Origin: Chrysomallon squamiferum
Taxonomy: Eukaryota; Animalia; Mollusca
NCBI GenBank assembly: GCA_012295275.1
Contig: CM022671.1
Span: forward strand, 6,572,001-6,636,000
Direction of reading: 5' to 3'
Length of the DNA: 64,000 nucleotides
Part shown: positions 12,890 through 26,096 of the stretch, in pieces
Layout: each line of letters starts with the position of its first letter
How positions within the stretch are numbered: the first letter of the stretch is position 1
Made by a program: the position numbers and the translations under genes
Notes under the pieces: generated by a model
What the model was told of the DNA's origin: nothing
Databases searched by the model: none
The model's input: only the letters and a program-made list of their open reading frames with translations

Positions 12890-13446
12890 ACACATTGACT
12901 GTAATGTTCCTTTTTTCAGTTAGCAGCAACTTGAAAAAGTAATCTTCTATATAATATAATACTAATAGCGTATTATAAATTTTCCCACTTTTGCAGAAAA
13001 TGTCTTATATATATATATATATATATATAAAACCAACATAATAAAAAACATAACAATAAGCTAAATGAAATACTAATAGTAATAGTAATAGCGTAATTTA
13101 AATTTTCACACTTTTGCAGAAAAATTTAAATATATATATATAAACAACATAATGAAAAATCTAACAATAAGCAAAATGAAATGCAGGATGAAATTACATT
13201 ATTGTCGATATATTTATTATTTAGAACAAGCCGAATTTACTAACCAAATCTATATTCAAAGTAAGTGCCTAAGTAAGGTAAACCCTTTGGCCCAGGAATA
13301 TCTGAAAATGGTCTAGCTCTCTTATAACCATGTAAATCGGTGTCCACAGATTCTGCTATTATACTTAACATCCGATGTGACCTGCAGAATAAATCATGAT
13401 TTTTGCATAAAATACGAGTGATTACTGGATATTTCACTCTAAGCAT
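7014..13446 (-). CDS. CYP44: Cytochrome P450, mitochondrial clan, CYP44-like (9 exons)
   Basis: Exons 13446-13245, 12436-12205, 11540-11350, 10592-10397, 10129-9955, 8931-8765, 8169-8091, 7612-7453 and 7165-7014 join in phase. Motifs: IPGPKGLP, NGEEWYRLR, I-helix LFADGLRTTVPALLFNLY, KETFR, PERW and heme FGHGVRMCAGRRFAEQE. The N-terminus is basic and presequence-like. Intron 4 is GC-AG, and the exon-8 acceptor AG is missing in this sequence. Confidence 0.93.
8535..8600 (-). mobile_element. Degenerate SINE core fragment in a CYP intron
   Basis: ctgattagcagcaaacggtcttttgtgcgcaccttctcatagg is similar to the 4370 and 37462 segments. Confidence 0.4.
9028..9746 (+). mobile_element. Internally deleted Tigger/pogo DNA transposon in CYP intron 5
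   Basis: It is flanked by TA at 9026-27 and 9747-48. The imperfect TIRs are caatggtaccgtaacttacgagt and actcataagtcaaggtaccaccg. A decayed CENP-B-type HTH transposase start lies at ~9341-9515 (KKQQMMSIELKFEFIEKHGVCVVDLASQYKNSASKICTILKLKE*..KAVTPAKGIKII). Confidence 0.9.
9748..9872. repeat. (AAT)n/(AAC)n microsatellite abutting the transposon end
   Basis: Direct reading. Similar (AAT/TTA)n tracts occur at ~11205-11320, 14166-14227 and 14474-14536. Confidence 0.95.
12959..13183. repeat. Diverged tandem duplication of ~110 bp in CYP intron 1
   Basis: taatagcgta..aaattttc[c/a]cacttttgcagaaaa..(AT)n..aacataat..taacaataagc[t/a]aaatgaaat occurs twice. Confidence 0.85.
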
Positions 13447-14160
13447 TTCGAACAAATAAAAACATTTTGTGTTTTTAGTTAGAGTTATCTTCCTTCTTTT
13501 ATTATTATTATTTTTTAAATTATAACGTGATTGAAGAGTTGCATCCCTTAGCTGAAACAGAACGGCAAAATAACCGGAGGGGTGTATGGGGAAGGGGGAA
13601 ATATTGCAGCAAACTATTGATTGAAAGAATGTGCATTATTTCTATCATTTAATAAACATGTCAGAGCTTTAGAACAAACTCGTGTCTCCTTTTAAATGAG
13701 GTTTTGAACGTGATATCCGTTCTCAAAATATGTTATACTTTCTAAACTACAGACAGTGACCGTGACACGTTTTTGTCATAATACCAAACGGCATCAAATG
13801 ATCAATATGACAAATCTGTCGTACACTAAACTTTTCTTTCAATCATTTTGACAAGGCTGAACAACAAAACGAGGGCAGGAGAATAAAAGTGAAATGGTAT
13901 TTTACATTGATAGACACGCTTTCGGTGTAAAAAAAAAAAAAAAAAAAAATAATGATGATGATAATGATAATAATGATAATAAATTTTGCTCTAACTTGTT
14001 AATTATGGACTGACTGATGTGGATTTATTTTGTTACTGTAATAAGTGTAACACTTAAGGACACGTATAAGTTTATTTTTGATATTCGTAAGCCTAGGTTA
14101 CTTATAATAAGTTACCTAAGTCTCGTAGGAATTCGACTGACTTTAATTTTTTATATTTGT

Positions 14161-14227
<67 letters not shown>

Positions 14228-14470
14228 TTGCAGATAGCTACTACAACAATAACAATTTAAATTAAAATCAATATTCGATTAAAATGATTGATTTAAATAT
14301 ACATATATTATTAGATGCTACTACTAATATTACTAACACTACTACTACTACTGCAACTACAACTACTGCTACTACTACTACTATCACTACTACCACTAAT
14401 AATAATAATAATAATAATAACACTCATTACTAAAATTAAATTTAAACGATAATTTCGTCAGTTTCTACTA

Positions 14471-14536
<66 letters not shown>

Positions 14537-14980
14537 CTGTCATTTATTGCTCTCTCTCATAATTTTCTTTTATGTTAAATGAATTTGTTCCAACCGAAAG
14601 CAAAAGTGAATCAATACTTGACTGAACATCATTTATCACAGCTTGTTTCCTGGATAGTAATTCTTTCCCAAAATTCATAGAGTGTCTCATTGTATTCTTC
14701 CGCACATTCTAATTATATCAACAGTGATGTATTAAAATCACGCAGTTCATAAAACATAATGTAGTTATTAATTTTCAGTTTGTTTTTACATTCTCTCCAT
14801 ATCTACAGCATAAAACATGAAGTTCAGTTAAATATCAGTTAATAATACGATGGAATGTACGTCGCCGCGCATTAATTGTATACAATGGAGTGGTTCGTCG
14901 GAAATTGGGGGAGAAGAAATGCCATCTTTCCTTGTTTTAGGGTTGTTTTCTGCATTATGATTTAATTATAATTATCAGCC

Positions 14981-17900
14981 ATGTCTAGGTGCGAGTGTTC
15001 GACCCGAATCATACCCGCCACCTGTGCTTGGGGTCTTATAATAAGCTGCACCGCCTTGTACTTTGTGTTTATGTAAGTTTGACAATATGATTTTTAATTT
15101 TTAATTTTTTTTCTTCCCCCATCATTGAACCGGGTTTTATGATGGAATGTCACTAGTATAACTAGTTGTTTATGAATGCACGATACATTGTTATTGTATA
15201 AAAAACATGGACCAAGATACTTTTTTTTAAAATCAGACATAATATGTTGTTCATAGTTAGTATCTCTAAATTATACCAGACACAAATAATCAACCAATTT
15301 AGTAAAATCGTATAAATATAATCGTTCGCTTGATGATCAGTGTTGTCGAAATCATAACATTAATGATTAAGTTAACAGGATCTCATAGAGTTGTTACCTC
15401 ATGCAGTCCATTAAGCCTAAAAATGGAGATTTTATTATTTGTATAATCTTAGTTTCTACAATGGATTAAACCAGGATCATCATAGTCATGATAATGTAAT
15501 TAACAAGTGTTTATTTTTTAAAATATTACACTGACAGTTTAGCTTGATGATGGGACTTGGAATCAGGAAGACACTGATTCTGTCTGAAATGTCAGTAGTC
15601 ATAATTGTTTTAGCCAGATGCTAGCAGCTAAAAGTAACCAAAAGGCAAAAAAACCCACAAGATTTTGAGAAACTAGTAATTAATTTTATGCTGCTATCAG
15701 ATATTGCAGTCACTGAAATGCATTTCCTGTTGAATTCTCTTGTGTGTTATTTGTATAGTTATAGAACTGCCAAGTGAAATCTTTTGTTCTGGATTAATTT
15801 AGGATACATGTTTATAAATTAAACAACAGTTTAATAAAAAAATATCTAAAGGAGTGCTTATTTTTGTTGGTTTTCATATTTTTCACAATCTTATAGAGGA
15901 ATTGATACTGGAAAAATTGATGAAATTGTTTTTATTAATTTTTTTTTTTTTTTCCATATATTTGTTGTATGCGTTTGTAATCATTATTTATTCCTCTCTC
16001 TGATAGGTGAAGTCTCATCACTGTTTATGTTGAAAATTTAAAAATATATAATGTAATTACCTGGTTTGTGTTAACTACTTGGTATCATTGTTTAACAGGT
16101 GTTTTATTTTTTTTTAAAGATAAAGATAGCATGCGTATGTTAACTGTATTCATGACTAAGGAATTCTTTGTTACAGATAATTGTTATTCTGAACATTTCA
16201 TAAACACCACAAAAGAACCAACAAAAAACAGCAACATCGATACTGGTGTTTAAACTTGAAGCTATAAGTAGTGAGAGCGTTTTGTAATGGCTTGATTTTA
16301 AAGTGATCTCAGAACTGAATAAAGAGCAGCATCTTTTCCTCATAATCAGTTCCTAATTATAACTGATTTATCCTGAGTTATTGTATCTAATTTAATGTGC
16401 TTTCTTTTCAGTATGGCTGTGATGCTTTTCTAAAAACCAGTGATCTCTGTATGACCATTAGCTGTTCAGTAATTTTGTTTTTGGTATCTAATGTATTATA
16501 TGTTTGTCAACACCTTTAATAATAAATGTCACTGGAAGAACCCTTTACTAGTATGACATTATGAATTTAAGATGCAAAGTAAATTTTCCTTAAACAGAAC
16601 TCAAGGAAATTACAGTATCCCTATTTGAAAATTATCTCCATTTGTTTTTATCTTGAAGACCAAAATACACTATAAAATAAAAATGTTCTGTATTTAAAAA
16701 AAATAAGATATTTATATTTGTTGCATAATTTTTTCACCCAGTTATTTCATGCATTAGTTCTCAGCATTTTATGAAAATTATTTTTTATTAAAAGGTTAAA
16801 GATTAAAAACAGCAGTATTATTTTTCTGTCTGTAAATCAAACCAGATAGTTTTTATTTCATGCCTCAGAACTTTCTGAATCATTTACTTTGTCTTAGTTG
16901 TAATTAAATAAAGCTTTGTTAGATCATTACCAGTTGAAGTCTAATTAAAAATATTATTTTGATTTGTGGAATATTAAAAAAAAGAAGAAAAAAAAACAAT
17001 TCCATACCCTATATTTTATGCTGTTAAGTTTATTTTTGAAATAGTACATAGCTTCAAACCTGACAGATTTTATACATAACCCCTTTTCTCCATTTACAAT
17101 GATTATGAGAAAAATGACATCAAAGATTTTAACTGATAATATTAATATTTTTGAGGAGTATATAAAATGGCAGCATGGTCATACACATGTGAAAGTATGC
17201 TTTATCAAAACTGACAGCGAGATGTGTTATGTTTTCTCACATCATCATATCTAACAATGCAGTGTCATAACCCCTTAATACAACACTTTTAATTTAATTA
17301 AATTATATTATTATTTTTATTTTTTTATGTCTATGTTAACATACAGTTTAAACTTTTTAAACTTTAATATTAATGCCTATGCTTTTTCTAGATGTGTAAT
17401 ATTTTGGTTAATTGTATTTGAAACTTTGTACAATAATTTGTAATTTGGCATTTAATTTATTCATTAAATACAAAATGAATAAAGCATTTAAATTTGTATT
17501 CGTTTCTGTTTCCATTGTTCATGTTAATAAAAAAAATGCATTCCTTTCAGATCATTTACAAGAAAAACAATGTATGAGTTTGGTAATGTTGTTTATATAA
17601 ACAACAGTTTAAAAATGTTTTTGTTTTTATTTTATTTTTTTATAAATAGAACTGCTTAGAAAATGTCACCCAGTCTGATTGAAACAAAATGATTATGTAT
17701 GGGTTACTAGAAATATTGATTCACATGTTTGTTTTTATTGCATAATCTTGAATGAAGAAGAACTTTAAAATTTGCTATTATTTCTTTAAGTTGAAAATAA
17801 TCATTTTTAATTTTTTATAACTGTTTTATTATTACTATTTAATTTTTTAAGTTATTGTAAATATCAATAATAGTTTAATTTATTTTTCAGATCACGATAC

Positions 17901-20900
17901 CTGCTGTTTGCTTATAGTGTTGCATTTCCTCTATACCAGGGAGTTATAACAATATTTATGCTTGCTAACTTGTTTCTAGCAACATTCATGGATCCAGGCA
18001 TCTATCCTAGAGGTCAGAGTAATTTAAATTTCATTTTCTTTTTTCATTAATTAATAAGTTTATACCATTAAATTATTTGTTGTTCTTGTTGTTACTATTA
18101 ATGCAATTAAGAGAACTGTTCTTTTCATTTTCTTTTTTCTTTCTTTGTTAAATGTCTTTGTGTTTTTAATTCAGTTGTTTGTTATTGTTTGATTAAATCA
18201 AACCAGTCAGTAAATTTAGACTAAATAGTTTAATGGGGTTTTTTAATCTATTATTTAACAAAGTGAACTGATTCATTACTTGTTACAAACTAACAGTGTT
18301 AATCAAAAAATAAATATGGCTTTCATATCTAGAGTCATCATTTGACACGTAATAAGTATTAATAGTAAAACAGGGAAAAATACATATTCTACTGATCAAG
18401 TTAATATACATAGTATTAATTTGCTATAACTTCATCCTTGGTCTAAGGTGGAAAAAAAGAGTAATTTTTAGGAACAGTTGATTGTTTCATCTTGCAGCTC
18501 ATGAAGATGAACAGAAAGATGATGATTTTCGAGCACCTCTTTACAAAAATGTTGAAATTAAGGGAATCACAGTACGGATGAAATGGTGTACGACATGTCA
18601 GTTCTACAGACCCCCTAGATGTTCTCATTGTAGTGTGTGTAACACATGTATAGAGGTACAACTTCTTTCTTCACCTACTTTTGTTCCATTTTATTTAAAC
18701 ATTTTTATTGTTATTATTATTAGTTTTATTTTTTGTCTTTCTTCTTTCACAGAGGTATAGTCCTTTGTGCAGTGCATTTTATTTTATTACTGTTTTGGTA
18801 GGCGATTATTAAATTGTTATTGTAAATGGTTTTTAGATCAAAATATAAATTATTATAAGGGAAAGTGTTTTGTTTCTAATCTAATTATAAACACTGAATT
18901 AGGTTCAGGACTAAAATCAGATGATGGTGGAAATTGTTAATGCTAAACAGAAATTAGAAAGTTTTATCTGTTTTCAGTGATTAAGAAAATACTGAGCACA
19001 AACTGTATTTTATTTTATTTTTCCAAAAACTTTCACTGTAATTTCTGTTTCAGACCTTCGATCATCATTGTCCATGGCTCAACAACTGTATAGGAAGGAG
19101 GAACTATCGTTACTTTTTTCTCTTTTTGTGTACTCTACTAATACATAAACTTAGTATATTTTCTCACTGTGTCATCTATATGTTGGATCACAAAGAAAAA
19201 ATAGGAGATGTTGGAACCATAATTTCGTATCCTTTTTCACAATTCACGTTAATGCCTGATTTTTTACTTCTTATAGTTTTTGAATTTTTTACTTAAAACA
19301 AAATTTTAAATTTAAATTTCCTAATTAATATTTCATTCAGTTTCATTACTTACAGTTTGTTTAAATTAATGCCAAGAAAATCACATTCATCCGATGAGAA
19401 AAAGATAATTTCAACATGATTTGAAAATAACTAAAATCTACATCCCAAAGAGATCTGGGTTTTTTTTTTTTTTTTTTCTCTCTCTTCAATTCACTAAATA
19501 TTATTTTGTAAAGAAGTATTATAAACTTTAATCATAATTACATACAGCTTTTGGATGTTTGTTTTGTTTTGTTTATATTTTTTTTTAACCTTACTCAGTG
19601 TGACAGTGTCTACATTAAGTCAGAAAGCTTTATTTTTTTATTTTTTTGGTTAATGCTTTTCAGACTAGTTTCTTTAACAAAGCACAGTATAATTCTAATG
19701 TGTATAATAGGTTTGTTGTTAATACCAGTTGCTGGGCTCTCAGGATTCCACATAGTGCTTGTGTCCAGAGGAAGAACAACCAATGAACAGGTGTGTAGAA
19801 AGCATTTTTTTAAAAATTTAAATATAGAGGGACAGCGCTACATAATTTCAAACGTTTGTCAGCAACAAATAAGTGACAATGTTTCAGTTAATGTCATTTT
19901 CAGTGAGTTAAAAGCAGTGTGTGAACACCATGATAGTAATTGTCATTGTTTTTTTTTTTCATTGTATATTTATTTTATTGTTTATACTGTACAGTATGTT
20001 AATTATTAACATTCCTTATTCTTTGTAGTTACACTACAGTATATTTATATTAAGGTAATTAAATGGTGAAAATATTGTCTGGAACATAGCTACATTATTT
20101 ATATTAATTCCCTTTCATATGTCCCTTTCACTGTTTTTCATGTTTTCATGGTAAGCATTGACAACATGTATATGTGCAATAAAAATTCAGATTAATCTTT
20201 TTTCACAAAGAAGAAAAAATGCAGTTGTTAATTGTTACCATGTATAATAAGTTTGACATCACTTCTTATAGTTTTGAATTTACTTTCTTGCATGAGATCT
20301 GATATTTTTGTAGATGAAATTCAAATCTGATGTGTTGTTCTATTTCAGGTCACAGGAAAATTTAAAGGTGGACATAATCCATTTTCTCGAGGATGTAGAT
20401 TAAACTGTGCATATGCACTTTGTGGTCCCCAGTGGCCCAAGTAAGTAATACATCTTGTTTCAAATCTTTTATAGCTTAAAGAAAATACTTTAAATAATCA
20501 GTTTTTACAAAACTTGTTGGGTAGTTTTTTCTTCAGTTTTACTGTTAGATCATTTTAAAGTTTTCATTACCAAATGATTCATTTCAGGTTAGTGTCATAC
20601 ATTCCAAAAACAAGAACAATACAGATAGATTCATCGAGAGTAACGTACATTGCTGCAGATAAAGATGTCAAGTTGTACAGAGAAACAAACTCTAATGGTA
20701 TTCAGGCAACAAGCAGTAAACCCAGCAATACCACTGTGAGTAGCTTTTTATGTATCAAACTTCTTAGATAACACATCTAGAAATTAACTATTTTGTACAT
20801 ATTTTTATTTCATTTATTTGTTTGTTTATTTATTTATTTATTTTTATAAATAGCTTTTGTATCTGTTTGGTTGTAACATGTTTGTTATTTCTGTTATTTA

Positions 20901-23900
20901 TTTTTAATTTGAAAAAAAACAACAGAAAAGTGTAGAGGTTTACATTTTTATCTTTAAAATGTTTGTTAATGCAGACATCAGTATTTGATTTGTTGCTGTG
21001 TAATAGTCACAGTAAGAGTGTTGGCTGGAGGTGTATGGGATCAATCCTCAGTGCAATCCTTATTATTTCTTTTTGTTGAGTTTCACTCTAATAAAAGCCT
21101 ATCTGTGTTTTCAACCTTTAATACAAAAATGTTTGGATTTCTTTTAAATAAACATACATTTATTGTATGATGTACATTTCCACTGACATTGTAAAAGTTT
21201 TTGAAACAGCTAGATTTTTGATGTAGGTAGAATATTTTAGTGGCATTTTTAAGATACTATTTTATTTAATTTAAACATATACATGATGGTTTTATTTTTT
21301 AAACAAAGTGTTTTTAGGGTCATTCTGTGATTGTGGTATTTTATTATTCTGTAAATGGATTGTGTCTTATAACACTTTCCAGCTCTCACATTCATTCACT
21401 GTCTTTTAAAATGCACATTTGTACCTGTATGTTACATACCCATGACTTATTTGTTTATTGTGTGAGAAACAAGCTAACATAGATAAAAAAATAATGCATG
21501 CCTTTTTATATGTCCACCTTTTAAAAAGTGGGCAGGAAGATTTTTTTTTTTTTTTTTCACTGCTGTTCCTGTTGTGATATATCTACAATTTTAATTAACA
21601 ATTCAGGTGAAGAAGAATCTGTACACACGAGTGTGACTTCAATGGTGAACATTTCTTTTCCCCAAATCTTTCAAATTTCAGTTGTTTTTTTTTATTTCAT
21701 ATTTGTCACCATTTCGTAACTTTTGGAAATAATTTGAGCTTTTGACATTTTCAGAAGAAATTTGGTGTCTTACAAATCTATTTCAGATAACGAAACAGCA
21801 ATTAACTGTATATGATCTTTCCTGAATAGTTTCACTTGGAAGCAGATAGAGACAAAAAGCCACATAGTAATGTCACTGGTCAAACTTCGACATGGTTTTT
21901 TGCTATGTTTATAAAAAATGACCTAATTATTTCTATGGTTACTTAACTCTCATTTTAAGCATTCAGTCCTCAGCTGTAAAGTAATAAATAAACATTTTTT
22001 TATTTTATTAAAACAGACTGTTCCTGAGATAGTCCTAAAGTATGAAACAATTCCTTTCAGAAAATTTAAAAAAAAAAAAAAATAATAATAATAATAATAA
22101 ACAAAGAAAAAAACATTTCGAAAGTTTGAAATGTGCCAAATATATATTTTTTTAATTTTTGTTTTGTTACTGTTTAATTCCTAAATTTGTTTTGGAAGTT
22201 AAAAAAAAAAAAAAAAAAAGTTGTATTTTTATTTACTTCTTTTTTTTATATATATTTTAAATGCATGCTGCTTTTATGTTCATACATAGTAAAATGATTG
22301 ATCTGACAAATCCTATTTTAATTGTGGCCACTGTAATTTAAAAAAACTCACAGGAAACTGTTTAAAAGTACAAACTATTTTTATTCTGCATTATAACTTC
22401 TTCTTTACCTAACTTAAATTATAGGATAAAATTAATTTATTATTGTTATCAAAGAAAATTTTAAACAAAAAAATGGATTTATATCACAACTTTAACACTA
22501 GTTAGCCCTTTACTTCTGCTAATTGTTGTTGACATTATTTTGTTCATTTTTATGGGTAAAATAGTTTAATGTTGATTATTTATTTTTATACTTTTTATTC
22601 TTCATTTTTGGCTTTTAATTTTGCTTTTTGCTGTTTAATGATTAATTTTTAAAGGTTTTTCTATATAGATACTACAGTCTTAGAATGACCCTGTTCAGCT
22701 TGAATGAATAAAATAATAATCATTAAAATTTAAAAATGTTAAATATTTAAATGCAAATTGTGTAATTTTAAAGTGTATGAATGTTTACTGAAATACAGTT
22801 TCAAGTGTTAGTTCAGGTTTAATTAATAAAATGTCATATTTCTGTACTAATGTAAACAGCAGGAATACACTGAGGAAATTTTTTTAAAAATGTGTGTTTT
22901 ACTTTTATTTGTAATGATTAAAAATAAATAGACTGGATATTTGTTTTCGCAGCTGCGGTATGCTGTTGACTGGGAAGATGACTACAAAGATTACAAGGGC
23001 AGCCAGTCCTTGGACTGTGAAGCATCTCCTCCACCAACTAGAAAGAAAAGTGATTCTTACACCAACCTGTTTGAAACCTCCCAGTCTCAGCCTGTGTCAG
23101 TTGGTGCCACGTTTCATGCAAATCAAACAAACCACCTCAAGGATGGGTCTCCGCGAGCGAAGAACAGAAATTTGTATGAGAGGCCCGTCCACTGGTCACC
23201 CAGACACAAGCGAAGTCTTCTGCCAGACCAAGCCAATAGCAACGATTGAGGATTCTAATCTTTCAGGTAAACCGTCACCAGTGACACCAATGACTCCAGT
23301 GATTCCAGCGTATGGAGATATCAACAGTCCTGTGTTGCAGCGTGGGATTCCAAAAGGATACCAGAAATATATGGAACGTCGTAATGTAGTGTCAAAACCA
23401 GTGTATACATACAATCATTCCAGAACTCAGCAGAATGTGCCTATTATGTATTATAATGAAAATAACTGCAGTAATCAGACGGACACACGGACTGGGTATT
23501 CAAAAACTAACCACACAAATCAGTCCCCGACAGACACAAGTCCTTTATACCCTCAACACAGTCGCTCAAGGGAAGAACTGAATTCATACCATCCTAAGAG
23601 GGAGACAGAGAATCAGTCCAAGTATCAGGAGCCTGAAGGTCAGTACTCCAGGACTTCAAGGTGTGATAAGCCCAGTCCACAGACAAACCAGCACAGAATT
23701 AGGACTGATCAGCCTACTGCATCTGGGCTCAATCAAGCAATGCCAAATTCCATAATTGGTGCTATAAAACAGGATGAGGATTACACGGCGCCAAAGCGGC
23801 CGTTGTCGTTTGTTCGTGCTCTAGAAGTGAGTCAGACAGTGGATCAGCAGAAACGAGCACAAGCTCAGCGGTTGACAGACTCGCGTCAACAGCGAAATGA

Positions 23901-23946
23901 AAATAGCCAGAGTATATACGATTCCTCGTATGAAGTGTCTGTGTGA
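14981..23946 (+). CDS. ZDHHC8: Palmitoyltransferase ZDHHC5/ZDHHC8 orthologue (8 exons)
   Basis: Exons 14981-15072, 17891-18012, 18498-18655, 19054-19226, 19688-19790, 20349-20440, 20588-20735 and 22953-23946. Motifs: [64 protein letters not shown] and the C-terminal PDZ ligand YEVSV. There is one frame break in the last exon. Confidence 0.95.
19227..19687 (+). other. U12-type (minor spliceosome) GT-AG intron in ZDHHC
   Basis: The 5' site is GTATCCTTT. A branch-like TTTCTTTAAC sits ~9 nt before cacag|. The phase-2 join gives a continuous frame (GTIIS-IILMC). Confidence 0.88.
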
Positions 23947-25053
23947 GTGTGTGACACTTGTTGTACGTGTTGTTTACACTGTGATGTCTCAATACTTGTT
24001 TTTTTTTCATGCAGAAGTTCATTTGGATGTGTCCAGTTTTGAAAAAAAATCAAACAAGTGTAAAATTAGTCATGCATGTTTTATGTTTGTTGCTACAGTA
24101 AATGGACTAAATGACCTTGCTACTGCTGTGAAAACTCAGGAAAATCTATTCTTCCTGGCTATTTTTTTAAACATCAGTGCTCCACCAGTCAAAGCTGTTT
24201 CATTCTTCGTATGGGTCTGTTTCACATTCTGCTTGAAAGGTGACTAGAAAATAAAAATCTACTTAAATCCTAATTTTTGTTATAATTATTTGTTATTCCC
24301 ACACAGTGTGACATAATGAAATCAGTAAATGATAATTTCAAGCCAACTGGGACCAGATTTGTTTCTGTGGAATTTCATGTTGAGCTTTGTTGGCTGCCTG
24401 TCTTAAGAGTTTGATTATTAACTGCAGTATAAATATAGTTCACGTTATGTTGAGTTTGCAAGTTAATTTATTTGAATAATGTTGACTGAAAACCTGTTGT
24501 AAAAACCATTGTGTTGTGTTTGTAGATTGACTGTGATAAAGCCCTTGAACAATAGTTGTATTTTATTTTTCCCTTTCCAGATGAATGTATTTATTAACAG
24601 AAAATGTGAAATAATGAATATATATAATTAACAAAGTTCTAAGCATATCAAATGTTTTCTCTCTTCAAGTAAATGTTTTAACAAGTGAGATCATTCAAAT
24701 TTACTTCTTATAATCAGAGATAAATTTAAGTATCTAATCATAACAGTGTCATTGTACTTTGCAATGAAGGATTGAATTAGGACTTTTCTGTATTGAAGAT
24801 TTGCAATAAGTGAAATGCGTTTATAAAAAAAAAATTTTTTTTTTTTTTTTTAAATTGGCCTGTAGTTATTTTTATTTTTATTATTGATGAAATTTGTTCA
24901 GATATGTAAAATATAAATAATTTGAATAATGAATCTATTTGGTGGGTGATATTTATATTTGTCATCACCTTCAAAATCAATTCCCACTTTTTTAGAATAC
25001 AAAAAGAAAGTGGGTTTAATCAATTGATATTTTTCAGTTAGATGTATTTATTT

Positions 25054-25086
<33 letters not shown>

Positions 25087-26059
25087 TTGGTGAAAGTGTG
25101 TTCTACATAGGACTAAAAAAAATTTAGTATAATAATAATAATAATCTACCTTTGAATCGGAGTTAAGGTTTTTAACATTTATTATTTGTCATAAAAAAGA
25201 AAAGATATTCTGAAAAACTTTTTAAAATTCCTTTTTACTACTTAAGAACTGTTTTAACAAGACATCCACTTAACACAGGTATATATATTCAGTCAGTCAG
25301 GAGAAGATTGTTCCAGTTTGTTTGCCAAAGATTCAGTTGTTGTAAAATTGTGTACATTATCGTTACAAAATGTTAATAATTTTTTATTTATTACTTAATA
25401 GCTTATGGCTCTTTAATACATTTTTCTAGTATTTTAAAGTATGTGTCCTATCATGTATTCAGTTTTCAAAGCTGGCATTTTGTTTGTTTGTTTTCTTAGT
25501 TATTTATTCATTTTGTTTTTCTTCTAGTTGCTTCCACAAAAATCTCTTGTGGAATATGCAGTTGATAACAGGCCTTGAACAATACTACATAAAAACATTT
25601 CAAATCACCTTCATTCTTACAAAAACAAAATGGCAGCATTTGTAGTCATCAAAACCAAATTCCATGGATTTATTACTTTTATGGAAAGGAAAATGACAGT
25701 TTCACTGATAAACATGACTTTTATCTATATATTTTTTTTTATTATTACTATTATTATTATTATATTTTTTTTATTGAAGCAACCAATATTTTATTCTTAT
25801 TAATGCAAACAAATGACTCCATGATTTTGATATTCCTCATTAGAGTGTTTTATTAACACAATGGGCAGCAGTTACCAGTGTACTTTTATCAGATTCCTTC
25901 AACTACTGGCATTTACACTGAATGTTAGATGTATTTTGCTAACTGTTTCTAGTACTTGATAAAAAGCCATAATGTTGCAGGTTTGGGGATGGAGTGCTTC
26001 TTTCATTTATATTTTGAGAAGAGGATGTTAAAAAAAATAATAAATAATAATAAAATAAT

Positions 26060-26096
<37 letters not shown>

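Noticed and set aside
9683-14265. ORFs with poly-Leu, poly-Tyr or poly-Ile runs (9683..9922, tail of 11252..11599, 12736..12942, 14017..14265)
   Set aside because: These are translations of (TTA/TAT)n microsatellites.
21607-21644. 38-nt exon that would switch ZDHHC into the YEVSV frame
   Set aside because: It contains an in-frame TGA and would bypass the conserved SQSLDCE segment.
24980-25555. Short hairpins in the presumed ZDHHC 3' UTR (cccacttt..aaagtggg; ttccacaa..ttgtggaa)
   Set aside because: 8-bp stems are expected by chance in AT-rich DNA, and there are no SECIS, IRE or pre-miRNA features.
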